Below are positions 28,151 through 41,129 of a stretch of 64,000 nucleotides of DNA, piece by piece. Origin of the DNA: Eledone cirrhosa (lineage: Eukaryota); the NCBI GenBank assembly GCA_964016885.1, contig OZ024757.1:11222001-11286000 (forward strand), read 5' to 3'. The position numbers and the translations under genes are program-made. A model generated the notes under the pieces. That model ran no database searches. It was not told where the DNA came from and saw nothing but the letters and a program-made list of their open reading frames with translations. How positions within the stretch are numbered: position 1 is the first letter of the stretch; each line of letters starts with the position of its first letter.

Positions 28151-30076
28151 AAACTATACACTTTATACAGTATATATACACTATATATATATTATATATA
28201 CACTATGTACTGTATATATTATACACTATATATGATGTTGTCCAAGGGAAAGGCAATGGCTGATACAGCTTGGCACCAGTGACATCACAATATATATACT
28301 GTATATATACACTACGTACAGTATATATACACTATATATATATATATTATATATTTACTATTTACAGTATATATGATGTTGTCCTAGGAAAGGCAATGGC
28401 TGATACAGCTTGGCACCAATAACATCACAATATATATACACTATGTACAGCATATACACACTATATATGATGTTGTCAATTGCAAGCCCAATGCTCTAAC
28501 CACTAAGCTATGAAACATTCCAGAACCAACCACGATATATTACCATAAAGACAACCGTTGTTTTCATAGTTTAAGCCTTAAAATATGTCTCCTACATGCT
28601 TTAAGTACATATAAACTTTTGTATTTAAACACCAAAAGCAGCTAGTAACGATCTTCTAGAAACTACCACCAACCATCGTACCACTAGTTACCAATGAGGA
28701 CCATTGCCAGCCACGGTAGCCACTTGGTAATACACTGCACATCTCCCGTCAATCTATGAAGGGTTTGTAGTAGATTAGAGCAAAACAAAATCAGTAAAAC
28801 AGTAATGGAATGAAAAATATAAACATTTGTTTATAATTAAAGTCTTAAGATGTCCCTTCCTTACGATATACACTTTAATAACATTGAAACTTATTTAATA
28901 AGTTTAAATTTTAAACACTTTTTATTCAGACGTACCGCGATAAGAAACTAGATATATTCTAACGAATAATCCGCGATGTGACGAGGATTACCGCGATAGG
29001 AAATTAGATACGTTCCAAAGAAATATCCGCGATGCAACGGGACCGCAAAAAGTGAACCGCGATATAGCGGCGGATTACTGTATATATACACACACAACAT
29101 ACATCCATCTATATACACACATAACATTTATTTCGATTTTTGACTGAGGGTGTGACAACTGTTTCTTGTTTGAGGTTGTTCCAGTTGTTGAAATATAGAC
29201 GGAGGTAATTTAAATAATAAAGACAGTCATGATAACAATATATTTTCTATCACATGTAACAGTGGAATCTGGTTAATTACTGGATCGTTGTAGGGTTCAC
29301 ATAATTATATTATTTACACACATTAATATAGATATTACGTAAAACTTTGTCAACTTACCTCCTTCAGATATAATCAATGTGTTGTGTTGTTAGGTTTTAC
29401 TAAACAACCAAAGAAATAATCTCTTTGTTATCAAATTAGAAGTTTCAATGTTATCAGCTTTATTTCACGACATTAACGTTGGTGTATCTTCTTCATCTTT
29501 AGTCATAAATTGATATCTTGTCAGAATGAAGTAGTGAGGCTGACTGTATGTGTTTAGGTACAGATTTGATAGGAAATATATATATATATTAGGTTGATAT
29601 GTGGTCTAAAATATATATATTGTCTATAAATGACTGATAGCAGATGTTCTGGTGAAATAGTAGGTTTACTACTACAGATTGTAATGGAACTCTTAGTAGA
29701 CACAATTGTAAAGTAAGAATAGATATGGCAGTGTAAGACTGATGTCCAGGAAATAAAATTGTGTGTATATATATATATATGTAATTGTTACACAAGATAT
29801 AATTAGATTAATTAAAGTTATAATGAAGACAGCAGGTACTCGGTGTCGTTGAGAATGTTTCAACTCTGTTACCGGTGTCACACGTTAAAAGTCCCTGATA
29901 TAATTTAATACATTCAGACACAGTTCCAATCGTATTTAATTGATTGTAAATCAGAAAGTGTCAATCAGTAAAATATCAATTATATATCAATAAGAAAACC
30001 TCTACGTAGTCTCTCTAACTGCTAGAAATAGCAGCGATATTATACAATACAACTGCTCTCTCTCTCTCTCTCTTTC

Positions 30077-30148
<72 letters not shown>

Positions 30149-30151
30149 CCC

Positions 30152-30185
<34 letters not shown>

Positions 30186-30186
30186 C

Positions 30187-30276
<90 letters not shown>

Positions 30277-30398
30277 AATATAGACATAGAATATTCGAAA
30301 ATATTCTGTATATTTATAATAAACATTTTGAAGACCTAATCGCTATAGAATAGAATACGTCACGTATTACAATTAGATTCTCGATAAAAGCAAGGGAA

Positions 30399-30441
30399 GT
30401 AATCTACGCGTTTCATTCTTATTAGAAATCTTCAGGACTAC
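30399..30441 (-). ncRNA. Minimal type I hammerhead ribozyme motif (inverted copy)
   Basis: Reverse complement of 30566-30608. Confidence 0.85.
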
Positions 30442-30565
30442 ATATCCAGTGCTTTTATCGAGAATGACACAGCTAGAGACTTATAGAATACTTAGCTGTG
30501 TATGAACTGGTTTAAGTATTCTATAAGTCTCTAGCTGTGTCATTCTCGATAAAAGCACTGGATAT

Positions 30566-30608
30566 GTAGTCCTGAAGATTTCTAATAAGAATGAAACGCG
30601 TAGATTAC
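30566..30608 (+). ncRNA. Minimal type I hammerhead ribozyme motif
   Basis: GTAGTC-CTGAAGA-tTTCT aat AGAAt-GAAAC-GC-GTA-GATTAC with ACGCGT palindrome. Confidence 0.85.
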
Positions 30609-30761
30609 TTCCCTTGCTTTTATCGAGAATCTAATTGTAATACGTGACGTATTCTATTCTATAGCGATTAGGTCTTCAAAATGTTTATTATAAACATACA
30701 GAATATTTTCGAATATTCTATGTCTATATTCACATATATATCGCTATTTCAGAGCATTTAT

Positions 30762-30817
<56 letters not shown>

Positions 30818-30849
30818 TCATATATGTACGTATGTATGTATATATGGGT

Positions 30850-31530
30850 ATGTATGCGTGTTTGCACGTATGTATGGTGTGTATATGTGTACACAGACTT
30901 TTGGTATATGTATGTTTGGTGAACATATGTGTATTTACCTGTAGGTATGCGTGAGTGTGCGTTCTATACGCATTTATGCGTGTATAATTATATATGTATA
31001 TATAATTATATGTATACACACAAACATATATTTATATGTGTATTTGGTGTATACGTTCGTGCGGCTATATGTCCGTGTGCGTGTGTTTATGTGTACGTGC
31101 ATGTATATGCATGCATGTTTTCGCGTATGCACCTGTATAAATGTGTGTATGCATATATTTAATTATTATTAGTTTTATGCATGGTGTGAGTTCAAATCCC
31201 ACCGAGGTTTCTAGCTTTCATCCTTACGGGGTGGATAAAATAAAGTACCAGTAATGTACTGGGTAATTTCTGGCCTTGTGCCAAAATGTAGAAATAATTA
31301 TTAGTTTTATGATTTTAATAACCTCTGTCATTTTCGTTCAACTAATTTATTTACATTATTCTGAACTCCGAAGCCGAGAATCATTCAGTTTCCTAAATAG
31401 TATATTAGTCTACGACTCCATTTATACCATAAAAGTGGTTTTGTCTTTCCGTGTAATTGTTGTCTGCGCACAACATAACGACATATTATCTTCGCTTGTT
31501 TTCGTTCATCGCCAGGGAACGTCATCACGA
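30850..31530. repeat. Dispersed repeat with an inverted copy at ~54040-54650 and a more diverged partial copy at ~32480-32770
   Basis: Shared ttagtctacgactccatttataccataaa..cgccagggaacgtc segments. Confidence 0.75.
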
Positions 31531-32894
31531 ATCAAAGCCCAAATTATTTTCATATATCTAATATATATGTGAAATGTGTGGTGGTTGAAATTCAGATGTG
31601 CACGGTTAAATGGTAGTAGACGTGGTCGGACTGACATGAAAATTTAAACACCTATGTAAAAAGTGCCAACGAAGCAAATAGACGAGGTTTCAAATCTCTA
31701 ACTTGAAAAATGTGGTCCCTGGGGTCCCAAAACTATCGCGTTTGGTGAGTTATTTCCCCCTGTTCTAATACTTTTGTCTTACAGTAAATAAACGATTATG
31801 AGTAATTCTTACTTTGTGGACAGCTTATCCTTAGCATAATATTCATGCTAGAACAGCATATACGTGAAACTTTTCAGGGATTTGATTTACTGATTTGGGA
31901 TCGGCAGCTTGAACTTTGAAAACATGAAATGTGCAGTGTAAGCATTTTTTATTAGTCCTCCGGGGTTGAATCTTCTCTGCATTTTTCCATCTCTTTCTTT
32001 CTCTCTGGAAGAAATCAGCCGTAGTAAGACCTAAAAAAATGGTTAGATACACCATGACGCACCGTGCATCACGGTGGAGTTGAAAAGCAGACTCAGACCA
32101 TGACGTTGTGTGGGGTGGCTCGCAGCCCAATGTTCCAGAGGGAGCAGAAGAAGAAGAAGAAGAAGTGAGCTGGAGTCCTATCAAATATGTAGGTTGTGTC
32201 TTAAATTGAAGGTGTAGTAGAAACAATTCATGTATAGTTTTGTACTTTTCTTTTTGTCATTCATATATAACGAAATCTACTATATAAGTTGGAAGTGGTC
32301 GGATGTTGTATATGTAGTCGGATAAACGTCGAAACGGCTTGGTGGAATGCAGCGAAAATTTACACAGTTATGCAGAATGACTCAAGGAGGCGTTGGGTCG
32401 ACTTTCAAGCTACAATCTTCCATGGTTACGGAGAAAATTGATGAAACAGGAATTTCCCATTCAAATTGAACTGAGAGTAATCTGTGAACGAAGAAGTAAT
32501 TATTTCGAGAAACGTTGCAACCGAACGAAAACAGGAAGACGATATTTTGGTTCGTGAAGACGTTCCCTGGCAATGAACGGGAAAAAAGCGAGGATAATAC
32601 GTCGTTATGTGGAACGAGAAGAACAATTTCATGCAAAGACAAGACCAAGTTTATAGTATAAATGGAGTCGTTAGACTAATATTCTATTTAAAATAACAGA
32701 ATGATTTCCAGCCCCGGAGTTTAAGAATGATGTAAATAAAATTGAAAACGAAAATGACAGAGGTTATTAAAATAGTAAAAGTAAATAGTGAAGATTTAGG
32801 CCAGTACATACGTATGCCCCGACGGACATAAACATACATACGCACACACAAATACATACCCCCCCCCACACACACACACACACACAGACACGAA

Positions 32895-33355
32895 CGGACG
32901 CGCGTATGTATAAACCTTATGCATTTCTACAGTATGTTCACCAAACTTAAGACATAGGTTACTTATGTACTCCGGATGGTCATGGGCACTGTCATTTTTC
33001 CAGATATTGAATATAGAGCCCCCCACCCACCCACCCCCGGCAGATAACCCCTTTTAGCCACTTCCTTGGAGTCGACTGAAGCACTGCAGTGCAATGTAAC
33101 AAAACGTCATAACTTCTGGAGTTCGCAACCGATTTTCACAAAACTTGACACATGGGCTTCGTTTGTCCTACAGATGAATGTGAACTCTCAGAATTGGCAC
33201 ATATTGAGTAGGGGATCCCTGGGGGCAGGATCCCCCTTTTGGAAAAAGCCGATGATTTTGTAAAATATAGTTTTCGAAGCAGCACTGAAGTATTGACATA
33301 AATGGTATACACAATTGGTATTTAATATCCGAGCAACGCCGGGTACCTCTGCTAG
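32895..33355 (+). mobile_element. Non-autonomous Helitron-like element
   Basis: 3' end ccgagcaacgccggg hairpin followed by CTAG-T; 5' boundary approximate. Confidence 0.55.
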
Positions 33356-33500
33356 TATATATATATATGACATACTGTATATTGTTGGATATAGAAAAGT
33401 CACATACATGTATGTATACAGCTGAAGATATATATATGTGTGTGTGTATATATATATATATATGAATATACACATACACACACACACACATATATATCTA

Positions 33501-33590
<90 letters not shown>

Positions 33591-33659
33591 AAACGTAGTT
33601 CTCAGGGAGATTCAGCATGACACAGAATGTGACAAAGCTGGTCTTTCGAATTACAGGTA

Positions 33660-33871
33660 CAGCCTGGCCCAAAAGTCAGACAGGGGTTTTAGTTTTTATT
33701 AACTTCCTGAATTGTACAGATTGATGTATGAAATGTTGACACAACTTAAAGGACATAATGGAAATTATTTTGCACTTGTCAATCCTTGTCACACCTCTAC
33801 ATTACTTATGAATAATTAAATAAAATAATTATAAACAGTTGTGACCCCTGTGTGACTTTTGGGCTACCCTG
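33660..33871. mobile_element. Tc1/mariner-type MITE
   Basis: Imperfect TIRs CAGCCTGGCCCAAAAGTCAGACAGGGG / CCCCTGTGTGACTTTTGGGCTACCCTG with TA flanks. Confidence 0.75.
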
Positions 33872-34130
33872 TACGACTGATGTTTAGCAGCTGAGTGGAC
33901 TGGAGTAATGTGAAATAAAATGTCTTGCTCAAGGACACAATGTACTGCTGGGAATCATGAGACAAATACCCTAACCACAAAGCCATGTACCTTCATACAT
34001 TATAGAATATGAAAGTGAAAAGTGGGTCTGTTTAGGGAGCCCTTCAATGTAAGTGGCTTAGGGTTACCAAGGTAACAAGTGAGAATGGAATTGAGAGAGA
34101 TGAATTAGAAAATAAAAGGGCCAGTATGAC

Positions 34131-34242
34131 TGATTGTTACCTTAGTAATTTATCAGTCCCTAAATATTTCGGATTTACCAGACATTATCTAGGAGGTGGT
34201 CCGAAAAATTTGGGGACTAATAAATTACAATAGTAACAATCA
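34131..34242. repeat. Imperfect hairpin (~42 bp arms), probable small MITE
   Basis: tgattgttac..gtaatttatcagtccctaaatatttcgga versus tccgaaaaatttggggactaataaattac..gtaacaatca. Confidence 0.6.
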
Positions 34243-34793
34243 TTGACTACTTGACTGAAGATGAGATCTGAGCCATAATACTAAAGCCCTAAAACTTCTA
34301 ACTGGTTCTGGAAGTTTCCACATCAACAGTGACACAGACCACCTCTATCTGAAACATAAACAGGGAGGCAGTGGCTTAGCATCAGTCCAGACAATGTTTG
34401 AATGTCACATCATATCCTTCTGAAAACATCTACGAACCTTACCATTTCTGTCCATTCCCTTGTCTTTGAATTGCCTCACAGACGTAACCTTATTACATAA
34501 AGTTGCTGTCTGATGATATCACGTGGTCACATGATTGTTCAATCATGTGACCATGATTGTCATTATAAAGTGTATCACAGCTTTGTTAATAAAGGAACTT
34601 TTAACATCTACACCAAACTTCACATTTTCCTTATTATATATATATGTTGATGACATATACATATTGGTATACATTGGAAGGGTCCTGCTGCCAATAAAAC
34701 TACACAGCTGCTGGATTTCATTTCAAATTTTCACAAAAACAAGTTGGTGTAGTACAAAAAAAGAATAGACCAAAATAACTACAAAAGTAGTCA

Positions 34794-34832
34794 CTGAGGA
34801 GGTGACAGAATGTGTGACAAAAGATCTTTGAC
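34794..34832 (+). ncRNA. Degenerate hammerhead motif; related copy at ~63504-63542
   Basis: GTCA-CTGAGGA-ggtgac agaatgt gtgac-aAAA-GATC-TT-TGAC; the 63.5 kb copy keeps GTCAC/GTGAC-GAAA and shares downstream sequence. Confidence 0.5.
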
Positions 34833-35049
34833 AATCAACAACTAAACAACGATCTGGTTATTAAACTAGCCGAATAATAATACTAATAAATTGAAGTGAA
34901 ACCAACAGGTGCGTGTGTTTTTATTGGCAGCATGACCCTCCCAAAGTATAACAATATCTGTTACAACCCGTTTTCAGGTAAAAAATCTTGAAAAACAAAT
35001 TCAAAACCGAAGTATACATATTTATCTATCTATCTAGCTAGCTAGCTAG

Positions 35050-36146
35050 CTGGGAATACCGTGGCTGATGATGCGCAAACATGCGCTAAGGCTGCGGCAT
35101 ATCCAGGTATTCCTCACCGTTTGTGAGACAGGCTTTCCCGCAGCTCATCTCGCTAACGGAGCTGCTGTCCTGGATCAAGAAAAGACCGAAAACGATGGGC
35201 ACCTGGCACATTGAATGCGCTCAGGCGCTCACAGTCCTCTGGCAAGCAGGCACAGCAATCAGTGGAGACTCCACTTCGACATTCTATAGAGGGATTGTAC
35301 GTTACGAGGGCGACGTCGTGCTCGGAGAGACCCTGGGCGTCGAAGACGATGAGCTCACCAGTCTGTTTGGTAGGACTTACCGCCCGGGACCTATGGACAA
35401 CTTCCAGAGGTCCCTGGCCTGGCAGTGCTACCGAGGAGCTCTACCGGTTCGTGACAAGATCTACAGGCACGGAGGCCCCGGCAGGGATCCTTCAAAGAGG
35501 ACGTGTCCAAAATGCGCGCAGGACATTGAAACCGTCCTGCACGCAATTGTACACTGCCCGGGCGTAACCGACCTGTGGAACTATGCAGAACAACAGCCGT
35601 CGCGTATGGGACAAATCCAGTTGACTGCGGAGTCCATAGTAAGGATCAAACCACCAGCCTCTTTCAAAAACGAAAGAGAGGCGGTTTTCCTCTGTACAGT
35701 GGCTATGGTGAAAGAAGTTATATGGTGGACGAGATTAAGAGGACTGAGGACAGATTCCTTTCTCTCCGGAAAACAACTCATTCCCTTCTTTAAGTATCAC
35801 CTCAGAGTGGATAGAGAGGTACTGCACCCCAGTAAATTTACTGAAAGGTGGGTGAATGAAGCGAAAATGGCCCGAGTGATTGGGCCTTCTCTGTTTATAA
35901 GCCTGTAGGTTAAAGAAGCGAGCAAAAGGACGAAAGGAGCACTTGCACAACATGCTCCTGGAGTTGAGGGTTGTTCTATCGAAGGGGTATTAAACAACCC
36001 ATTTGTGGTGCTTCCCCCCTATTGGGGATTTCGATTGTTGTAATTGTTTTTTTTGTTGTTTTTTTTTACACGAGTGTGTGTGAAATCCCCGGCATGTCTT
36101 TGTATTGTCCCCTTTTATTGTGCGTCCTTGTGGCAAATAAAGAAAT
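35050..36146 (+). mobile_element. 3' end of an L1/Tx1-like LINE (ORF2 C-terminus 35123-35908 with zf-RVT, plus 3' UTR)
   Basis: W..YRGALPVRDK..CPKC..ETVLHAIVHC; ends AATAAAG before a microsatellite. Confidence 0.8.
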
Positions 36147-36158
36147 CTCTCTCTCTCT

Positions 36159-36225
<67 letters not shown>

Positions 36226-36322
36226 ATTGTATGTATGTATATGTATAAACAACATAAATATATGTATGTATATATATACACACACATACATATATAGGAC
36301 TATGTATGTATATATATATGTG

Positions 36323-36382
<60 letters not shown>

Positions 36383-36509
36383 AAAGTTTTATTTAAAATT
36401 GTTGGGTTACAACGAGTAAATATTTTATAACTGATATAAAGCACTCAACAAGTTTTGGAGTAGATATATGATATTAAACAAATGGAAACTATATTTATAA
36501 AACCATATT

Positions 36510-36575
36510 TATTTCATTATACATATTTCAGGAATACCATATTAAAAATATGGCATGCCTTCTTCAGATAAAATA
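36510..36575 (-). ncRNA. Hammerhead ribozyme motif downstream of the second Penelope ORF
   Basis: Minus strand TATTTTAT-CTGAAGA-AGGcATGCCATA..TATGGTATtCCT-GAAA-TATGTA-TA-ATGAAATA; ~12 bp stem II. Confidence 0.8.
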
Positions 36576-37915
36576 CAATATATAAGCAGTTTTATAAATA
36601 AATTTGACGTACCATAAAAATATTGATCAACTTCCATTTAAAAAAGTTGGTTTGGTAGTGAAATGTTTGTAAATATTTAGTGTTAAGCATAGTTAGAAAG
36701 AAAGACGGAGAGAAGGAATAAATGTATGTAAAGAAAAACAGAGAGAGATAGAGAGAGATATGGGAGAGAGAAATAGTGAGGAGGTGAAAAATGAGAGGCA
36801 GTTGAGGCAACAGATGAATAATAAATAATAATTCATCATACAAATTGAGAGATTTATGAGGGAGGGAGTACTGTAATTATTTATTTATTTATTTATTTAG
36901 TTATAGTGTTAAGGAGACGGAGAGAGATAAAAAATAACTAAAGAGAAAACAGCGATACTTAAATTACATCATGTATAGAGGGAGGAGAAGAAAGCTATAT
37001 CTAGAGAGAAGGATGACAGATTTACAACTTTACGTTATGTCCTATCATTTTGAATTATCAATTCATATGAATTGGGTATTATACTGTAAATATCAATATT
37101 CATGAATGAGACATAGATATATAATGTGTGAAAAATAATGACCATATGTTTAGTTTAAAAATTCTTAGGTCGACATATCAAAACCTGAGATAAAACTTCA
37201 AAAATACATAAGTATATATGTACTTTCCGGAAAAAGAAAGAAAGAGAAAAAGAGAAGGTCATCTCAAGTTCTAGTTGACACTATAGATATACACGTGAAC
37301 ATACGTGATCAGCTCTGTAATTTCTTATTTCACATGAAAAAATTTTCCTTTGCGTTATAAAAGATTTTACTATACATATATATACATACATACACATAGA
37401 TAAAAATATATTAATATTAATATTCCTGCCCTCGCATACATGATTATCGTTCAAGTATAGAATAGACAACAGATATCAATATATCAAAACGCTAAGAATA
37501 CTTTCATCACTCCCTAGAGTATCTAGGGCCTTAAAAAAACACAGTATGCCCCCCATATCAACCACAGAAATCAACCCTTCCAATTTATCTGACAGTATAT
37601 TGCCAAGTTCATTAGAAGCAATCAGAATCAAAAGCAAACAAAAAACCAAAATTATTCAACAAGACTTATTTAGCAGAAATCATTTAAAAGATTTAGGAGA
37701 CCCTGTTGTTCTACAGATGCTCTTATATTTAGTATAGAAGTTTATCTAGCGTAAAATTTATTCAATAGATTGGGAGCATCAACGTTTTAGGGTAGTTTAA
37801 TTACATCATTAGTATATATTTATGAAGAAGGTTTAAAAAAAGAAAAAGTTGAAGGAATCGAAAGATTTATCGTCAGGTTTCATAATTAATTAAATAAATA
37901 TCTTAACTAAATATA

Positions 37916-39490
37916 CTACATTTTAAATTTATATTTATATTTAAACGTTGAGTTCAATCTATGTCTGCAGCAACTGAATAAATTGCTCCTTAGATTAAGG
38001 GAATTTTTAGATTTTAATATAAAGAATATCTCCTCCACGCAGAGGTCACATGTCTCAGATGAGGAATTAAAAGGAATCCCTCTTGAGACTATATTCCAAA
38101 ACAACGAATAACCAACGTTATCATGTTTAAGTTGCCAGAGTAAGCCTGATAGTGAAGTTGAAGATTTTTTGCCTGGATCTGTGAAATAATTCTTATGATT
38201 ATTATAGCGAAGTTTAAATTCTGTCGAGGTGGAACCAACATAGTTAAAAGAATTTAAGTCAGTTTTAACATTACAATTGTATATTATATTTTTAACTAAG
38301 CAATTGTTATTTAACGGACATTTAGATTTATTTCTACAGTTACAGTTGTTTAATTGAATATTGTTTAGGCTATTATCGGAAATTTGGCTAGGTTTTAGAT
38401 TCCTATTATTTATTCTGTTAATATTTTGTGCTAAATTTTTGGTGGACGAGTAAGTTAATTTTATAGTATGTCTATTAAAAATTGAGTGATATTTATGTGT
38501 TCTAGGGAAGCGTTTGTCAAGAGCATTAAAAAATAGTTTAGCAATGTGGGTTTTAATATTTAGTGAGAAGGGGGGGGGGGGCAAACGATATTATATTTCT
38601 AGTTCTATTTCTTTTCTGGCTTTTGGAATTATTGTAATGTTTTCTATTATAGTTGTTAAAGTTGTTACCGTAATTAAAATTGTTGTTATATTGGTTAGTT
38701 TGCCTATATCGATGTACATAATGTTATCACTATATCCTGCTTTAGCTAACGCTTCATTATAATACTGCGCTTTTTCGTCGAAAATATTTTTATTAGATGA
38801 AATTCTTGAGATACGTTCTTGAACAGAGTTCACTATAGTGTTTTTAACAGATCTGGGGTGATTAGAGTTAAAACTGACATAATTCAAGTTTTCATTTAGT
38901 TTGTGAAATGGATAGTGAAGACATGTGTTGAGATTTAGTGTTACATCTAGGAAATTGACTATTCTATGGTTATTCTCTATTTCTATTTTTAGATTAAGGT
39001 AATTAAAAAATTGTATAATTTGTTTTCTTTTTCTATTTAGTTCAGAGTTATTATTTTCAATATGTAAAAGCATGTCATCACGATATAATCCTCCAGTTAC
39101 ACCAGGAATTTTTCTATGCAGCGAATTAATTATAAATAGGCCCACAAGATCCGTTACCTGAGCTGAGTCAGATGATCCCATAGTAATGTCGAAATTATTA
39201 TCTCTATCTGCCCTAGTCCATAGTTGGTTATTAAATTCTATCAATATTTTCCTTGCCGATAATATAATGTGCATTTCATTGCTAGTTAGGTCTGTATGTT
39301 TGAATGCGTAATTTAGTGCCTTATTTAGTAGATTAGGGGTAATAGATGAATAGTAGTTAGCAATATCTAGTTGAATAAATTTATTATTATTGTTATATTT
39401 AATTTCTTTAAACCACTCAATAACCTCACCAGTTCCCTTCCACAAGTTTAAGTTAGGTAAACCATGTAAGTTTTTAACCTGCTGTATCAC
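37916..39490 (-). pseudogene. Penelope-like (Naiad-like) RT plus GIY-YIG endonuclease, 5'-truncated and frameshifted near 38570-38660; the element probably extends to ~36380
   Basis: FIQLDIANYYSSI, FDITMGS, GLYRDD, NFLDVTL, SNHP; then PPFS, CNCR..CPL, IIY..YVGST..FKLRYNNH, CDLC.EE, CCRH. Confidence 0.9.
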
Positions 39491-39492
39491 CC

Positions 39493-39617
<125 letters not shown>

Positions 39618-40704
39618 CATAAACAACGCTAGAAATACCAAACAAATCTATATCCTGTTTCTTTATATTGTTGTGATAAAATAGTTTATTTTACCAAATA
39701 TAAAATGTGATAAAAACTGTACACCCTACCTGGCAATTTCTAGCCTTAGTACATTTGTACGTAAAGATATATTGAAATTTCAGTTCCAGAATGTTAATCT
39801 ATAAACTGTAATTCGTATCTCTGCAAAATTTTATTACAAAATATGTGTTATTAAAAAAGTCATAAGAACATTTAGTGAGGGGCTCTCTAGTGTAGATTAC
39901 TATCATAAATTTTACAGGCAAAGGGAGATAATATCAAATCGAAGGCTTTAAAGATTTATTCCCCTTTGTCAAACGTTTCAGTCTGTGGTAAATACAAATG
40001 CTAGAAATGGCAGCCAAGCAATAAAAATATGTAACGTGGAAAATGTTAGAAATAGCAGCTAAGTCAGCTCTAAATTTTCATATGTATATTAACATACATG
40101 TGATAAAAATATATTTCTAGACGTATATCATATCATATATATTTTTAGCGGTCTTTTGGTCTATTCACCACCATGGGCTATAAAACATGTCTTTTCTCTA
40201 TACCGTGTGTGTTTTCTTAGTTATCTAATATATTTTTAGAAGTGTTGATCATATTGATAGGTATCTGCCGATGAGCTACATCTACAATATATATTCTTCA
40301 CTTTTATAGCGAAATATACTCTTATTTGAGCATGTCTGGATGTTATAGTTATAAATAGATGGTTACTACACTTTAATATATTATTTTAATTGATTTGTAT
40401 CCAGCATTACTTCCATAGTTAATATGATCATCACTCTGGTGGTTTTTAATCCGCTATGATTGAACACATATCTCTATGTGTACTTCTCTCTATATGGTGA
40501 TTTATAAAGAACCCGGAATCTAATCCTTGAGCTCATTAAATTATAGGGGAATCATGTGAGTCTTTAACACATAATATATCATACACAAAACGCCAGCATC
40601 AACAGTTTTCCAAGAGATGTCAACATGAATGGACCTGTTATCCAAAGATATGTTTTCCAATTCCATCTTGCCCGTCCCTTCAATTTAACTAATTTCTCAT
40701 TCTT

Positions 40705-40740
40705 TCTTCTGATGAAGGACTAGCATCTGAAACGTTAAGA
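40705..40740 (+). ncRNA. Minimal hammerhead motif (solo)
   Basis: TCTT-CTGATGA-AGG actagca TCT-GAAAC-GTT-AAGA with AACGTT palindrome. Confidence 0.6.
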
Positions 40741-41129
40741 CCCTCTTCCTGCTATTTCAAGCATTAACCTAATATATTCCTTCCATATACTGTACTGATT
40801 GTGTTGTTATTTCTGTTTACCCTTTACATACATATATATATATAAAAAATGGAAAAACTCAGTGTTTAAACAGCAAAATACCGTCAAAGCTGTGTTGGGT
40901 AAAACATTACCTCGAAGGACAGAAGTCAGCAGCTTGATGTGAGTTGACTCAAAGAAATGATCGGAAGGAAGAAATAGAATGGGTGAGAGGAGGTCACAAA
41001 TATTAAAATACATTCATCAGATCTCAGACCACATGCAGTTTCAATGATTTATCTGAGATTACTGCGAAGAATGGGAGGCTCGTTACAACAGAGAAATAAA
41101 TATCTTTGTTGGTACCCATTCTTCGTTCC

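Larger units (their letters stand above)
30270..30740. repeat. Near-perfect foldback (~225 bp arms, 18 bp spacer 30495-30512) carrying two divergent HHRs
   Basis: Arms symmetric about coordinate sum 61007; (TA)n on both sides. Confidence 0.92.

Noticed and set aside
37916-39490. Selenoprotein recoding as reported for some Naiad elements
   Set aside because: No in-frame TGA at conserved Cys positions in either endonuclease and no SECIS recognised
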